Notes: generated from the sequence alone by a model not told the origin. DNA of 64,000 bases from an uncultured Chloroflexia bacterium (GCA_963797095.1 CAWCNY010000001.1:352001-416000), one strand, 5' to 3'; shown: positions 33,011 through 44,140, numbered from the stretch's first letter. Numbers and translations are program-made.

Positions 33011-35338
33011 CTAAGGTTGTGAGACGGCATTGCAGTCTGGGAAGAAGGTTATGGATACGATCTTGGCTGCCTGTCCCCTGGTGACATAATTGCCGGCGCG
33101 GAAGTACGATCTATCGTCCGGTGATACGCAAGGCTCTCCTTCCCCTCCACACCTGTAACCTCCCACTATGCTTCGGCTTGCCAACCTCTCTATATACGCG
33201 TAGAAAGTGCTGCCGGAGGGTATGTCTTCAAACGTCTGGCCGCTTACAGGTTCAAGGAAGCCCGCCGCAGTTGCTACTAGCTTAGATGCCTGTCCCCGGC
33301 TCACCTCGCTGCTCGGTCTGAAGTACGGGCGATTGGCGGGTGGCACACAAGGCTCTCCTTCCCCTCCACACCTGTAACCTCCCACTATGCTTCGGCTTGC
33401 CAACCTCTCTACGTACTCGTAGAATGGAGAACCGGGCGGCGCATCTTCGAATGTCTGGCCGCTCACCGGATCGCTAAACCCGGCGGCATTTGACACGATT
33501 TTTGCCAACTGGCCTCTTGTCATAGGATTGGTGGGTCGGAACGTGCCATCAGAGTAACCTGTTAGTATGCCTCCACAAGCCAGGCAGCGCGCAAATGGAT
33601 AGAAGGTGCTACCGGGAGGCACGTCACGAAATAGCAGGTCGTAGTGCTCCACCCTATCGGTTGCCGTGAATCCCCCTATTGAGCCTCCCGCGACATATAT
33701 CTTGCCGCTTTGCACGGCGGCTTGCTGTCGAAAGGTGGCCACATTCAGGTTGGATTCCGAAGTCCAACTGTTTGTGGCGGTATCGTAACTGAGAACCCGG
33801 TTGCTCACGGTGTCGTAGCCATTGATCACGCCGCCTAGTAGATACGGTCTGCCGTTGAGCACCACGCTGGCGGCTCCCCAGATTGTTCTTGGCAGATTGG
33901 CTATCAGTTCGGGGTGTTGCGGCCAATAAGGATCTGCCGGGTCCGGGTGGTAGCGTGCCGCACTGAAACTTGTTCGCTCGCAATCGTCATCCTCAGGATC
34001 GCACGTTCCTCCGATATTCCACAGCCCGCCTGCAACATAGATATAGCCGTCGACAGCCCATGCTGCGGCACCTGCCCTCTCGCAACTGAAGTCCAGAGAT
34101 GAACCTGCACAGTAGGTATGATCATCGTTTTGGCTCCAACGATTGTTCGCTATGTCATAAGTCAGGAGGTGAGTGTTCTTCAGCTTACAATCAGGCTTGA
34201 GACATCCGCCTATGACGTGGATCTGACCATTCATGTAGACCGCCGAGGCTGCCGCGAGACCACCCCCGTAACCGCCGAGATAGGGCAATTGGGCTTTTCC
34301 GGACCAGGTGTTCGTTGCCGGGTTGTAGGCATAGGTTGAACTGGTTATGCCGTCCAGGTTGGTATCGGTGTACCCACCTATGACGTACAAGTTTGCCCCA
34401 TCGCTCGCGACCGCAGCATCCCACAGGTGATTGGGGAGATCGGCCACTCGGGTCCAGGAGCCTGAACCGGAATATTTATGTACGAGGTAGGTGCCTTGAT
34501 CACCGTGAAGGCCCCCGGCGACATACAGGTCGTTGCCGACAGCGGCCACCGCCGCTCCCATAAATGGCTCCGGCAATGGGGTATCGAGATGCCAGTTGCC
34601 GTCGGGGCAAGCAGTTGGTGTCACGGTAACCGTACCGGAGGTAGTAGGCGAGGGCGTGCGAGTGTGGGTAGGTGATGCGGTGGGTTGGGGAGTGCCCACA
34701 GGACAGGAGCTTGTGGCGATGCGCAGGCCCCAGGAGTTGATTGTGCCTTCTCCACTCGTACCGGTGTCGCACCCCACGTGCAGAGACCATGCCCCGTTGG
34801 CAGCTTGACCTGCCAGTGACCCTGGCAGAGGATCGGCAGGTTGGTAGCTCATTCCCGCCACAGGTGGGCAATCGTGACCTATGGGCCATTGAGCGGCGCT
34901 ATCAAAGCTTATGTCTGGGAAGTTGTGGCTCCCCTGCCCATCACATGGCGTATCTGCCAGCAGAGAAAATGGAGATGGCTCGAAGGTGTGGAACAAATAG
35001 AGCTTCAGAGAGCTAATATCGGGGAATGAGATATCGACGTTGACCACGTCAACATCGGTAATGAGACCGAGGGTGCCTGTTATGTTGATGATGGAATTAC
35101 CGGGCGTGAGGGGGCAGGCGAAGTGGATGGGCACGTCTGTGCTGGTGAAGACGTAAGTGATGGTGGAGCAAGTCGTGGGGGTAGCTTGAGGGCCTTTGTG
35201 AGAGCCTGAACCGCCTGAAGACCCCGATAAGGCGGCCCCCTGCGCCCGTGCGATTGCCCAGCTTGAGGCAGAGGCAAGCATCAGGACAATTGCGGCCAAT
35301 GACAACAGGGCCAGGCATAGTGCTCGGTTCATAGTCAC
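33011..35338 (-). CDS. Secreted proprotein-convertase-P-like + Kelch + SLH protein
   Basis: Signal peptide; G..ANG.W.L.V.D....GT.NSW.L; Kelch YVAGG/YVIGG repeats; FRDVPPGS / TRGQ SLH repeats. Confidence 0.88.
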   Translation of the reverse strand: MTMNRALCLALLSLAAIVLMLASASSWAIARAQGAALSGSSGGSGSHKGPQATPTTCSTITYVFTSTDVPIHFACPLTPGNSIINITGTLGLITDVDVVNVDISFPDISSLKLYLFHTFEPSPFSLLADTPCDGQGSHNFPDISFDSAAQWPIGHDCPPVAGMSYQPADPLPGSLAGQAANGAWSLHVGCDTGTSGEGTINSWGLRIATSSCPVGTPQPTASPTHTRTPSPTTSGTVTVTPTACPDGNWHLDTPLPEPFMGAAVAAVGNDLYVAGGLHGDQGTYLVHKYSGSGSWTRVADLPNHLWDAAVASDGANLYVIGGYTDTNLDGITSSTYAYNPATNTWSGKAQLPYLGGYGGGLAAASAVYMNGQIHVIGGCLKPDCKLKNTHLLTYDIANNRWSQNDDHTYCAGSSLDFSCERAGAAAWAVDGYIYVAGGLWNIGGTCDPEDDDCERTSFSAARYHPDPADPYWPQHPELIANLPRTIWGAASVVLNGRPYLLGGVINGYDTVSNRVLSYDTATNSWTSESNLNVATFRQQAAVQSGKIYVAGGSIGGFTATDRVEHYDLLFRDVPPGSTFYPFARCLACGGILTGYSDGTFRPTNPMTRGQLAKIVSNAAGFSDPVSGQTFEDAPPGSPFYEYVERLASRSIVGGYRCGGEGEPCVPPANRPYFRPSSEVSRGQASKLVATAAGFLEPVSGQTFEDIPSGSTFYAYIERLASRSIVGGYRCGGEGEPCVSPDDRSYFRAGNYVTRGQAAKIVSITFFPDCNAVSQP

Positions 35339-35368
35339 GCCCCCTTCCTTCGACTACTCAGATAACGC

Positions 35369-36616
35369 TCAGGCTGTGACCCGCTTGCGTAATTTCCAAC
35401 CTGCAATCGTTGCGAGCCCCGCGGCAAAGAGCAGGAGCCAGACGACCAGTGGGTCGGAGGGGCTGCCCGTGCCCGTCCTCGGCATTCCGGCGCCTACAGG
35501 CGCGGCAAGGGGTGGGTTCACGTCAACACGCACGATCTCCCCCAGGCTGGGGTCGCCGCCGTAGCCGAAGTTCGATACGTACAGCATCCCATCAGGCCCG
35601 AAGGTCATGCCGGTCGGGAAGCTCAAGCCGGAGGCCACTACTTCAAGGCCGCCATCGGGTGCGACGCGCACCACCCTGCCTGTGCCCGGCTGGGGGAAGT
35701 CGTTGTCTACAACGGTGGTCTCAAGGGCGTAGAGTTGTCCCTGGCCGTCGAAAGCCACGCCCAGCACGGCGGTCAGGCCTTGCGCGTAAACCGAAAGCTG
35801 CCCGTCCGGGCTAATCTTGTAAAGTTTAGAGGCCCCGCGATTTATCGGGAAAGTGGAGAGATTGCCCGCGTAGAAATCGCCCGCGTTGAAGGTCAGCGCC
35901 GTCGGTGTGTTGGGTCCCTCGGTCGCCGAAATATCGAGTAAGCGCCTGATACTCCCGTCCGCTGCGACCTCATCCAGCTCGCCGTGGTTGGCCTCGACCA
36001 CATACAGCTTTCCATCAACTTCGATCATGTTGTACACCGAGCCATCCGGCTCCCAATCGTCGGGGGTAGAAGGTTGGGCCGTGGGATTCGTGCTCAGGTA
36101 TGCGCTGAAATCGGCGAAGAGGGTCCAGGTGCCGTCAGGATTGGCCTTATATATGCCCGCGGGAGTTTCGGCCAACCCGCGAGAACAGCCGCCTGCCGAG
36201 TTGAGGATGTACAGCGTGTCACCCACGAATGCAACGTCATTGGCGCCCAACGATTCGCCCGTGTTGTCACGGGCAGATGGGAGCTTGTCAACGACCGTTG
36301 ATCGCACGCCTTCGGGGCTTATCTTCGATGCGCGGGCAGTCAGGCCCGGATGGTACGGTGTGAAAGGTGAGGTATACCCTTCGCACGTGCCGTTGTTGGG
36401 GGCGTCGCCTCCTGGCCCGGCCTCCGCCACATATAGGTAGCCATCGGGGCCGAACTTAAGCCCGCGCGGAAACATGAGGCCAGTAGCGAAGGTGGAAACG
36501 CTTGCCGAAATCGAACTGCCACTTGATTCCTGTGCGGCGACTGATGCGCCGCCTGATGCGATGGCGCATACCAGGCCAATTGCGATGACCAACCGGTACA
36601 AACGAAGGACTTTCAT
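35369..36616 (-). CDS. ScyD/ScyE-like beta-propeller protein with LPxTG-like anchor
   Basis: Signal peptide; ATGL.FPRGL.FGPDG.LYVAEAG repeats; C-terminal MPRTG + TM helix + KLRKR. Confidence 0.85.
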   Translation of the reverse strand: MKVLRLYRLVIAIGLVCAIASGGASVAAQESSGSSISASVSTFATGLMFPRGLKFGPDGYLYVAEAGPGGDAPNNGTCEGYTSPFTPYHPGLTARASKISPEGVRSTVVDKLPSARDNTGESLGANDVAFVGDTLYILNSAGGCSRGLAETPAGIYKANPDGTWTLFADFSAYLSTNPTAQPSTPDDWEPDGSVYNMIEVDGKLYVVEANHGELDEVAADGSIRRLLDISATEGPNTPTALTFNAGDFYAGNLSTFPINRGASKLYKISPDGQLSVYAQGLTAVLGVAFDGQGQLYALETTVVDNDFPQPGTGRVVRVAPDGGLEVVASGLSFPTGMTFGPDGMLYVSNFGYGGDPSLGEIVRVDVNPPLAAPVGAGMPRTGTGSPSDPLVVWLLLFAAGLATIAGWKLRKRVTA

Positions 36617-36846
36617 TTTGGACCTCCTCGGCAAATATGACCGGCACCAGGCATTTCCTGGTCCAGGCACATTATGGGTCTCAGAGATCAGCATGTCATG
36701 AGCAGGATTGCCCAATTCGGCGCTTCCGTCATCAATGAATGATGATGGACGGCAATATTGAAACTAGGTAGATCTACCCAGTTTTCCCCGGCGATTGTTG
36801 CGCCGGGCATAAAAGCCGTACTCTCGACTGGGCAGTTTGGTACCTG

Positions 36847-38031
36847 TCAAATATGGTCGTGTAACTTTGGAGGCCGGGCAGCCGCGCCTATGGCCTGCTT
36901 GTACGCGCCCTCTACGCCGACTACCATCCGGTCGACCGTGAACTGGGCGGCTACTTTACGCCCGCCCTCTACGAGCCGTGCGCGAAGCGCCTGGTCTTGG
37001 TGTATTCTTAGCGCAGCCCCAGCCAGGGCCTCTTTGTCGCCTCTCGGAACCAGCAAGCCCTGGTCGCTGTCGTGAATAAACTCAGGTATACCGCCCACCT
37101 CAGTGGCGACCACCGGGATGTCGCTGCCCATCGCTTCAAGCAGCACATGGGGGGTGCCCTCGGTATCAGATGTCAGCATCACGAGGTCGCTGGCAGCATA
37201 CACATTCTTCATATCTCGCGTCAACCCTGTGAAGAGGAGTCGCTCACCCAATCCCAGTGTTGCCGCCAGCTCCCGCAGATTGGCCTCTTGCTTGCCCCCG
37301 CCCACCAGCATGAATCTTGCTTCCGGTATCTTCTCGGCAAGCAGGGCGCACGTCTCAAGGTAGAGGTCAAATCGCTTCTCGGTCGAAAGCCTGCCTATCG
37401 CCGCTATTACGAAAGCATCTTCCGGCAGGCCCCATTTGCGCCGGGCCTCCGCTCGCTCCTCCTGGGAGGCCGCGCCGTGCCCTCCGCTTGCCAGGTAGGG
37501 TATGCCGGGCCGCACCACGCTTACTTTCCCCGGTGCGAATCCCTTCTCCAGCAGTGTTTGCCTCTGCTGCTCGGAGACGGTGATCACGTGATCGCAATCG
37601 CGTAGGGTGCCCAACTCAAGACGGGTGACTACTCGCCTCACAAAGTTGTCCTGCACCCAGCCGTGCACGGTCGCAACCAACGGAACGCGTCCCCAGGTGC
37701 GCGGGTAGAGCCGCCGCATCAGCCAGATGAAGTAGTTGGCGCGTTGGCCGTGCATGTGGATCACGCTTACCCCCATCCGCGCGGGCAAGCGCCGCAGCCA
37801 CCCTCTTTTCAACCTGAGGTCCTCTAATGGGATCACCTCAAGCCCCAGCGCCCGCGCGCGCCTCCCGAAATCCTTCGCCGGGTCAGCCTCCGGGTCTGGC
37901 TTGCGCAGGAGCAAGACAGGCGAGTGGAAGCTGCCTCGCGCCTCCAATGCGGGGCCAAGCAGGAGCACAAGCTCCTCCGCGCCACCTGTCTGCCTGGCGT
38001 CCACCGTGCGTATCGCCTGCAACGCTATCAT
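36847..38031 (-). CDS. GT4 glycosyltransferase
   Basis: GGAE, TVHG, IGRLS.EK, EG.P.VLLEAM...PVVAT.VGGIPE. Confidence 0.93.
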   Translation of the reverse strand: MIALQAIRTVDARQTGGAEELVLLLGPALEARGSFHSPVLLLRKPDPEADPAKDFGRRARALGLEVIPLEDLRLKRGWLRRLPARMGVSVIHMHGQRANYFIWLMRRLYPRTWGRVPLVATVHGWVQDNFVRRVVTRLELGTLRDCDHVITVSEQQRQTLLEKGFAPGKVSVVRPGIPYLASGGHGAASQEERAEARRKWGLPEDAFVIAAIGRLSTEKRFDLYLETCALLAEKIPEARFMLVGGGKQEANLRELAATLGLGERLLFTGLTRDMKNVYAASDLVMLTSDTEGTPHVLLEAMGSDIPVVATEVGGIPEFIHDSDQGLLVPRGDKEALAGAALRIHQDQALRARLVEGGRKVAAQFTVDRMVVGVEGAYKQAIGAAARPPKLHDHI

Positions 38032-38888
38032 GGCAAGCTCTCGCTGCTCTGGACTTCGCCCGGCGCTCGCCTGGGCCAGTTGTGCTTGCCCATGAACTTT
38101 GTCGCGACAAAATTCACCAGCCTGTAAGCAGGCCCGATGCCGGGCGATATGAAGGCACGCATCACATCCGGGGTTGTGTTGTTGCTTACCAGCAGCCTGG
38201 GCAATCTCAGTGGGTGGCTGTGCAGAGTAGCCGGCCCCTGGTCAACCGTGGTGGCAGTTCTATAGCCAGCGGCGCGTGCCGCGCGCAGCACCCGCCCGTC
38301 ATAGTCGCCCTGCGGGTAGGCGAACGCCCCCACGGGTTGTCCCAATCGCTTTTCAATCTCTATCTTGGGCAGGCGCATCTCGTCCTCTAGCTGCCCATCG
38401 TCGTACTGCGTGAGGAACCCGTGTGTGATCGAATGCGCCCCTATCTCCACTCCCGCACCGTGCAATTGTCCGATCTGCTCCCAATCCAGTATCCTCAGCG
38501 ATGGCAGGGACACCTCTCCATCGGTCCAAGCTGTGCGCCGCCCTACCATGCCCGTTATGACGTACACCGTCGCTTTCAGCCCATTTGCTTTCAGGACGGG
38601 TCGCGCCTGGGTCAGCATATTCTCGAAGCCATCGTCAAAGGTGATCGCCACCGCGCTTCGTGGGAAAGGCTGGCGCCTGGCGAGCCTGTCCGCCACCTCC
38701 TGCATGGTTAGCGATACGCAGCGCTCCTTTACAAGCGCCTTCATCTGCTGGGCGAACAGGCCCGGCGACACAGACAGGGGGGTGCCATATTCGTCAATCG
38801 AGTGGTAGCTGAGGATCGTGATCCCGCCGTACGGCAGGATGCGGCCCGCCACGCGTGCGGTCCCATAAAACAAACTCTTCACTGGCAC
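38028..38888 (-). CDS. Polysaccharide deacetylase (CE4/NodB-like)
   Basis: ILSYHSI, ITFDDGF, EIGAHS.TH, FAYPQG. Confidence 0.93.
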   Translation of the reverse strand: MPVKSLFYGTARVAGRILPYGGITILSYHSIDEYGTPLSVSPGLFAQQMKALVKERCVSLTMQEVADRLARRQPFPRSAVAITFDDGFENMLTQARPVLKANGLKATVYVITGMVGRRTAWTDGEVSLPSLRILDWEQIGQLHGAGVEIGAHSITHGFLTQYDDGQLEDEMRLPKIEIEKRLGQPVGAFAYPQGDYDGRVLRAARAAGYRTATTVDQGPATLHSHPLRLPRLLVSNNTTPDVMRAFISPGIGPAYRLVNFVATKFMGKHNWPRRAPGEVQSSESLP

Positions 38889-38966
38889 ATGTCATTCTAG
38901 CATAGCGCCGCTTCTTATCCTAATGGGTGAGGCACATACACCGCCCGTTCTGCTATACTCTTAGAT

Positions 38967-40451
38967 ATGAGTCTTGGCAGGCAGGCCGCCACCGGAGCGG
39001 TCTGGAACTACGCGGCATTTTTGGTGAGCAAGGGATTGCTTTTCGTGGCGACCCTGGTGCTGGCGCGCCTTCTGTCTCCCGCCGAGTTCGGCCTGGTTGG
39101 CATGGCCCTGCTGGTGATCACCCTGCTCGACATTGTGCGCGACTTCGGGATCGGCTCGGCCCTGATCTACCGCCAGGACGACGGCCATTCTGCCGCCAAC
39201 CTCTCCTTCTTCCTCAGCATCGGGATCGGCGTCATCCTCTTCTCCGCCAACTTCCTTCTAGCGCCTCTGGCCGCCGATTTCTTCAAGACTTCCGGCCCCT
39301 CGGAGACCGCCACGGTGGCGTCTCTCCTTCAGATACTCGGCCTCAGCCTCCTCTTCTCGTCCCTGGGTTCGACCCACGATGCCCTCCTCCAGAAGAGCAT
39401 AGATTACCGCAAGCGCATGGTGCCCGAAGTTGGCCGGACCCTCATCAAAGGTTTGTTGCAGGTGGGGCTTGCCCTCGCGGGTTTCGGCGTCTGGAGCCTG
39501 GTGATAGGGCAGGTGGTGGGCGAGGCCTGTGCAACTCTCCTGCTCTGGATAGTCATGCCCTGGCGGCCACGTCTTAAATTTGAGCGCAAACTGGTTCGCC
39601 CCATGCTCTCCTATGGCACCCAGCTAACAATGGTGGGTGGCCTCGGCACCCTCCTTTCCGACGTTGACTATCTGGTTATCGGTGGCCTGCTGGGCGAGAT
39701 CGCCCTCGGCCTTTACACCCTGGCTTTTCGCATTCCGGAGCTATTGATAAAGAACCTGGCGCAGGCGGTGTCCACGGTAGCCTTCCCGGTGGCCGCTCGG
39801 CTCCAATCCGACATGGACGCGCTTCGCTCAGCCTATCTCAAGATGCAGCGCTATATGCTCGCCATCCTTGCCCCGCTCGGCTTCGGCCTGTACGCGATCA
39901 CACCCGCGCTGATCCACATCCTCTTCGGCGACCGCTGGGAACCCGCCATCCCGGTCATGCAGATACTCTCTATCTACATGCTACTGGGAGGGATCAACCA
40001 TTGGCCCGGTGTGGTGTACAAGGCGGTGGGCAAACCGGGCATCTTGAACGTTTTGAGCTTGGTGAAGCTTGCAATGCTGGTGCCCACTCTCTGGTGGTGC
40101 GCAGCCAACTACGGCATTGTGGGCGTGGCGTGGGGCCAACTGGTGGTCCGCATCATCGGGATCGTGATTGACATGCAGGTAGTGGCGGGCTTCGTAGGGG
40201 TGAGCGTGTGGGCCAACGTGCGCGCCCTCCTGCCATCTCTGGTTTCGTCGGCGCTGATGGCCGCCACGCTCCAGGCATTTTTCACCCTTTCTTCCAGGGC
40301 GGCCAATTTGCCCGCCCTAATCCTCTCCATCGCGGCGGGCGCAGCCCAGTACACAGCCCTCTTGTGGCTCCTCGACCGCGACTCGGTTGATGCCCTGCTA
40401 GACCTCGCACGCGGCTTCCTTCCGCGCAGGCGGTCAGTAGCCAGAGGTTAA
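38967..40451 (+). CDS. Wzx-type polysaccharide flippase
   Basis: LARLLSPAEFGLVG, GFGVWSLV.GQ, LG...LGLYTLAF, multiple TM helices. Confidence 0.92.
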   Translation: MSLGRQAATGAVWNYAAFLVSKGLLFVATLVLARLLSPAEFGLVGMALLVITLLDIVRDFGIGSALIYRQDDGHSAANLSFFLSIGIGVILFSANFLLAPLAADFFKTSGPSETATVASLLQILGLSLLFSSLGSTHDALLQKSIDYRKRMVPEVGRTLIKGLLQVGLALAGFGVWSLVIGQVVGEACATLLLWIVMPWRPRLKFERKLVRPMLSYGTQLTMVGGLGTLLSDVDYLVIGGLLGEIALGLYTLAFRIPELLIKNLAQAVSTVAFPVAARLQSDMDALRSAYLKMQRYMLAILAPLGFGLYAITPALIHILFGDRWEPAIPVMQILSIYMLLGGINHWPGVVYKAVGKPGILNVLSLVKLAMLVPTLWWCAANYGIVGVAWGQLVVRIIGIVIDMQVVAGFVGVSVWANVRALLPSLVSSALMAATLQAFFTLSSRAANLPALILSIAAGAAQYTALLWLLDRDSVDALLDLARGFLPRRRSVARG

Positions 40452-40486
40452 TTTCTCCTCGGGCGCGACTGCGCCTTTCAAAGCCC

Positions 40487-41032
40487 GTAGTGTGCGGAAA
40501 TGCTGTCCGTGCCTACAACAATCGTGCGTCATGCCAAGTTATGGATACATCGTCTACCTTCTCTACGGTGCCTTATCAAGATTCAATGGCTGAGGCAATA
40601 GCAGAGGAGGTAGCACTTCATGATCTACCTTGTATTCGCGCAGGTCCTTTCCTTTCTGTTGGACCTGTTGGCCGCCAACCGCTTATCCAATCATCAGAAA
40701 GACATCGAGCTACTCTTGCTGCGCCAACAGCTCAATATCCTGCAGCGCAGACTTGCCCAACCGCCGGCCATCTCTCGTTGGGAGAAATGCGCTCTTGCGG
40801 TCCTCGCTGTCCGGCTCAGGCAACTGCCAACCACCACCCGCACGCGGTTAGACCAGGTTCTGCTGCCATTCATGCTATTCAAACCCGACACTGTGCTCAA
40901 ATGGCACAGAGAACTCGTGCGGCGCAAATGGACCTATCGGCGGAAGGGATTGCCTGGCAGACCACGAGTGACACCTGCGTTGCAAGAGCTTATTGTGCGG
41001 CTGGCCAGGGAAAATCCCAGATGGGGTTACTC
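40487..41032 (+). mobile_element. 5' remnant of rve-type IS related to 9557-10818
   Basis: Left end (C)GTAGTGTGCGG; KDIELLLLRQQL, FKPDTVL.WHRELVRRKWT, truncated after ENPRWGYS. Confidence 0.85.
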
Positions 41033-41786
41033 AAGCGACTTTCACGTCGCACCGGACAAAAGACAACGGTTCGGGGCCTGTTAGAGAACCGAGAGTGACC
41101 GATTAGTAGGCTTCAATCCAAGCAAAGTAGATCAATAGGGTAAGCGGGCAATGCGCCCCTCCCACTCTTCGGGCGTGCTTGCGCCGAGCACCACTCCTGC
41201 TTTTACTTGCCCCCGGTTTTGAATGGCCTCGTTGTTAAGTGGATCCCTCTGACAAGGGGGCTTCATCTCCCTCCTGCACGCACGTCGAACAAATCAGCCA
41301 GCGATTTGGCATTCAGCACTTCATGCGGACCAAGGTCAGCCATGTCTATCGGCTGCCCGCAAGCCAGCGCCAGCGCCCAGAAACGGTGCCCAAGTCAGCA
41401 GGCAGAGCATTAGGTTAAGCGTCGCTGGCCGTGAGCCTAACCAGCTCAGACCAGGAGGCCATTTAGTAGCTAGTAAAACATTACGAAAGTCCCGTCACAT
41501 TAGGGACAAAAGGACCATTCTATTCGCTTAGCAACCGGATTACTCTTAAGGCGTAGGCGGGGTGCTAGTCCACGGCAGTTCTTTGCGTACCTGTTTTCGA
41601 TGCTGAGACTTCCAATACTGAAGCTCCATACGGACGCATATTACAAGCTACGAGTTACGAGTTACGAGGTGCGAGTTACGAAGGGCGGATTGACCGGACA
41701 ATAGCTTCTTGGCTTCGACAATTCATTTCGCTTATCAATCGAAAAGCAATTCGTTATTCGTTATTGAGCACAAAGGGGTTCTAATA

Positions 41787-44105
41787 GTGCAGTATGCTTC
41801 GGTATCACAAATCATGACCGATTACATGGAGATGGAGCCAGCCCTGCGTGAAGAGCTTCACATGATGCGTATGCTCATGGAGACTTCGCCCAATAGCGTG
41901 TATTTCAAAGACCGAGATAGCCGCTACATCAAGATCAACGGAGTCTTGGCCGCCAAGCTGGGGCTCAGGAGCGCTCAGGAGGCGCGCGGCCAGTCAGATG
42001 CCGATTTCTTTCCCCTTGAGTATGCTCAGGAGTCCATCGCAGACGAGCAGGAAATAATGAGGTCGGGCGTGCCAATCATGGCCAGAGAACAGAGAGAATC
42101 GCTGCCCAACCGTGAGGAGAGATGGGTTTCTATAACCAAGATGCCCTTCTACGATCTTGAAGGGGAGGTGGCCGGCACTTTCGGGATTACGAGGGATATC
42201 ACAGAACACAAGCGTGCCGCAGAGGCTGCGGCGTTCGAGAGCTATCTCCTCCGCGCGCTCATGGATAATCTGCCGGACAGTATCTACTTCAAGGACAGCG
42301 CAAGCAAGTTCACACGCGTCAACCGCCACCTGGCGGAATTTGTGGGCCTGACGGACCCAGGGGAAGCGGTAGGCAAGTCTGATTGCGACTTCTTCTCGGA
42401 AGAGCTTGCCAGGCTCTCTTTCAACGATGAGCAGGAGATTATCAGAACAGGCGTACCAATACTGGGGCAGGAAGAGCGAGAGGTGTGGCCGGATGGGCAC
42501 GAGACCTGGGTCCTCACCACAAAAATGCCTCTCCGGGACGCTGAGGGCCATGTGGTCGGCACGTTTGGGATGTCACGCGATATCAGCGAAAGCAAGAAAG
42601 TGGAGCGGATGAAAAGCGAGTTCGTCTCCACGGTGAGCCACGAGCTTCGAACGCCTTTGACCTCCATTCGCGGCTCCCTGGGCTTGATCGCGGGCGGCGT
42701 GGCGGGCGAAATATCGCCCCAGGTCAAAGCTATGGTCGATATCGCCTACAACAACAGCGAGCGCCTTGTAAGGCTGATAAACGACATACTCGACATGGAG
42801 AAAATAGAATCGGGCAAGATGGTTTTCGATATGACTCCTGCCGCACTCATGCCCCTGGTTGAGCAGGCTATTGAGGCGAATCAAAGCTACGCGGAGCAAC
42901 AGGGCGTAAAGTTTACGCTGAAGCAGAGCCTGCCTGATGGGATTGCCAACGTCGACAGCGACCGCACAATACAAGTGCTTACCAATCTTCTATCGAACGC
43001 GGCCAAGTTCTCGCCACAAGGCGGAACAGTAGACGTGTCAGTTGTGCGCAGGGGCGGCAGGATTCGGGTATCTGTTGAGGACCACGGGCCTGGGATTAGT
43101 GAAGAGTTCAGCAGGCGTATCTTCCAGAAATTCGCACAGGCGGATTCGTCTGATACCAGGCAGAAGGGAGGCACGGGGCTCGGGCTGAGCATCAGCAAGG
43201 CTATCGTGGAGCACTTCGGCGGAGAGTTGGCCTTCGAAACCGAGGTAGGCAAGGGTACCACATTCTATTTCGATCTGCCCGAATGGCAGAGCTATTCAGC
43301 AAATTTGCCTGATTTGGAAGCTAGTCATGGAGGCAGGCAGCTTCACATTCTAATCTGCGAAGACGATCCTGATGTCGCTAAACTGCTCAGCATTATGCTT
43401 TCGCAAGGAGGTTTCACCTCTGATATCGCGCACAGTGTGGCGGAAGCAAAAGAGAGATTGGGACAAAACAGCTATGATGCCATGACATTGGACCTGATGC
43501 TGCCCGACGAGGATGGCCTCACGCTCATACGCGAATTAAGGGATCAAACGGCCACCCACGACCTTCCAATCGTGGTGGTTTCCGCCAAAGCCCAACTTGG
43601 CAAGAGCGAACTGAACGGCAACGCGGTGGCAGTCATCGACTGGATCGATAAACCTATCGACAAGGACCAATTGCTGATGTCGGTGCGGCGCGCTACCCAG
43701 CATCAGGCAGGCTCTCAAAAGACAACCCATGGCCCCAGGATATTGCATGTGGAGGACGACCCGGATATCGTGCAGGTAGTGACTTTGATGCTCAGCGGGT
43801 TTGCGGAGGTTTCATCTGCATCGACGCTGACTGACGCCCACAGAATGCTATCAGAGGAGCAATTCGACCTTGTGATTCTCGACCTTGTCCTACCAGACGG
43901 CACCGGCCTAGACCTACTGCCCCATGTTAACCAGACCGGCCCGCTGACATCCGTGGTACTTTTCTCGGCGCAAGAAGTAGATTTGGCGAGTGTGAAAGCG
44001 GCAGGCAACGTGGATGCAGCCCTGGTTAAGACGCGAACTTCCAGTAAGAAGTTGCTCAGCACAATCACGGAGTTGATTAATAAGAACAGGGAGTTCAGAA
44101 ATTAG
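41787..44105 (+). CDS. Cytoplasmic hybrid histidine kinase (PAS-PAS-HisKA-HATPase-REC-REC)
   Basis: Two YFKD...DFF...DEQ PAS/PAC repeats; VSHELRTPL, NLLSNAAKF, GGTGLGL; two receiver domains. Confidence 0.95.
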   Translation: MQYASVSQIMTDYMEMEPALREELHMMRMLMETSPNSVYFKDRDSRYIKINGVLAAKLGLRSAQEARGQSDADFFPLEYAQESIADEQEIMRSGVPIMAREQRESLPNREERWVSITKMPFYDLEGEVAGTFGITRDITEHKRAAEAAAFESYLLRALMDNLPDSIYFKDSASKFTRVNRHLAEFVGLTDPGEAVGKSDCDFFSEELARLSFNDEQEIIRTGVPILGQEEREVWPDGHETWVLTTKMPLRDAEGHVVGTFGMSRDISESKKVERMKSEFVSTVSHELRTPLTSIRGSLGLIAGGVAGEISPQVKAMVDIAYNNSERLVRLINDILDMEKIESGKMVFDMTPAALMPLVEQAIEANQSYAEQQGVKFTLKQSLPDGIANVDSDRTIQVLTNLLSNAAKFSPQGGTVDVSVVRRGGRIRVSVEDHGPGISEEFSRRIFQKFAQADSSDTRQKGGTGLGLSISKAIVEHFGGELAFETEVGKGTTFYFDLPEWQSYSANLPDLEASHGGRQLHILICEDDPDVAKLLSIMLSQGGFTSDIAHSVAEAKERLGQNSYDAMTLDLMLPDEDGLTLIRELRDQTATHDLPIVVVSAKAQLGKSELNGNAVAVIDWIDKPIDKDQLLMSVRRATQHQAGSQKTTHGPRILHVEDDPDIVQVVTLMLSGFAEVSSASTLTDAHRMLSEEQFDLVILDLVLPDGTGLDLLPHVNQTGPLTSVVLFSAQEVDLASVKAAGNVDAALVKTRTSSKKLLSTITELINKNREFRN

Positions 44106-44140
44106 TTGTCTTCTAGTTTCCAATATCCAAGGGGGAGAGA

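Noticed and set aside
35369-36616. Scytonemin biosynthesis
   Set aside because: No scyA/B/C or aromatic-pathway genes; the ScyD/E family is widespread.
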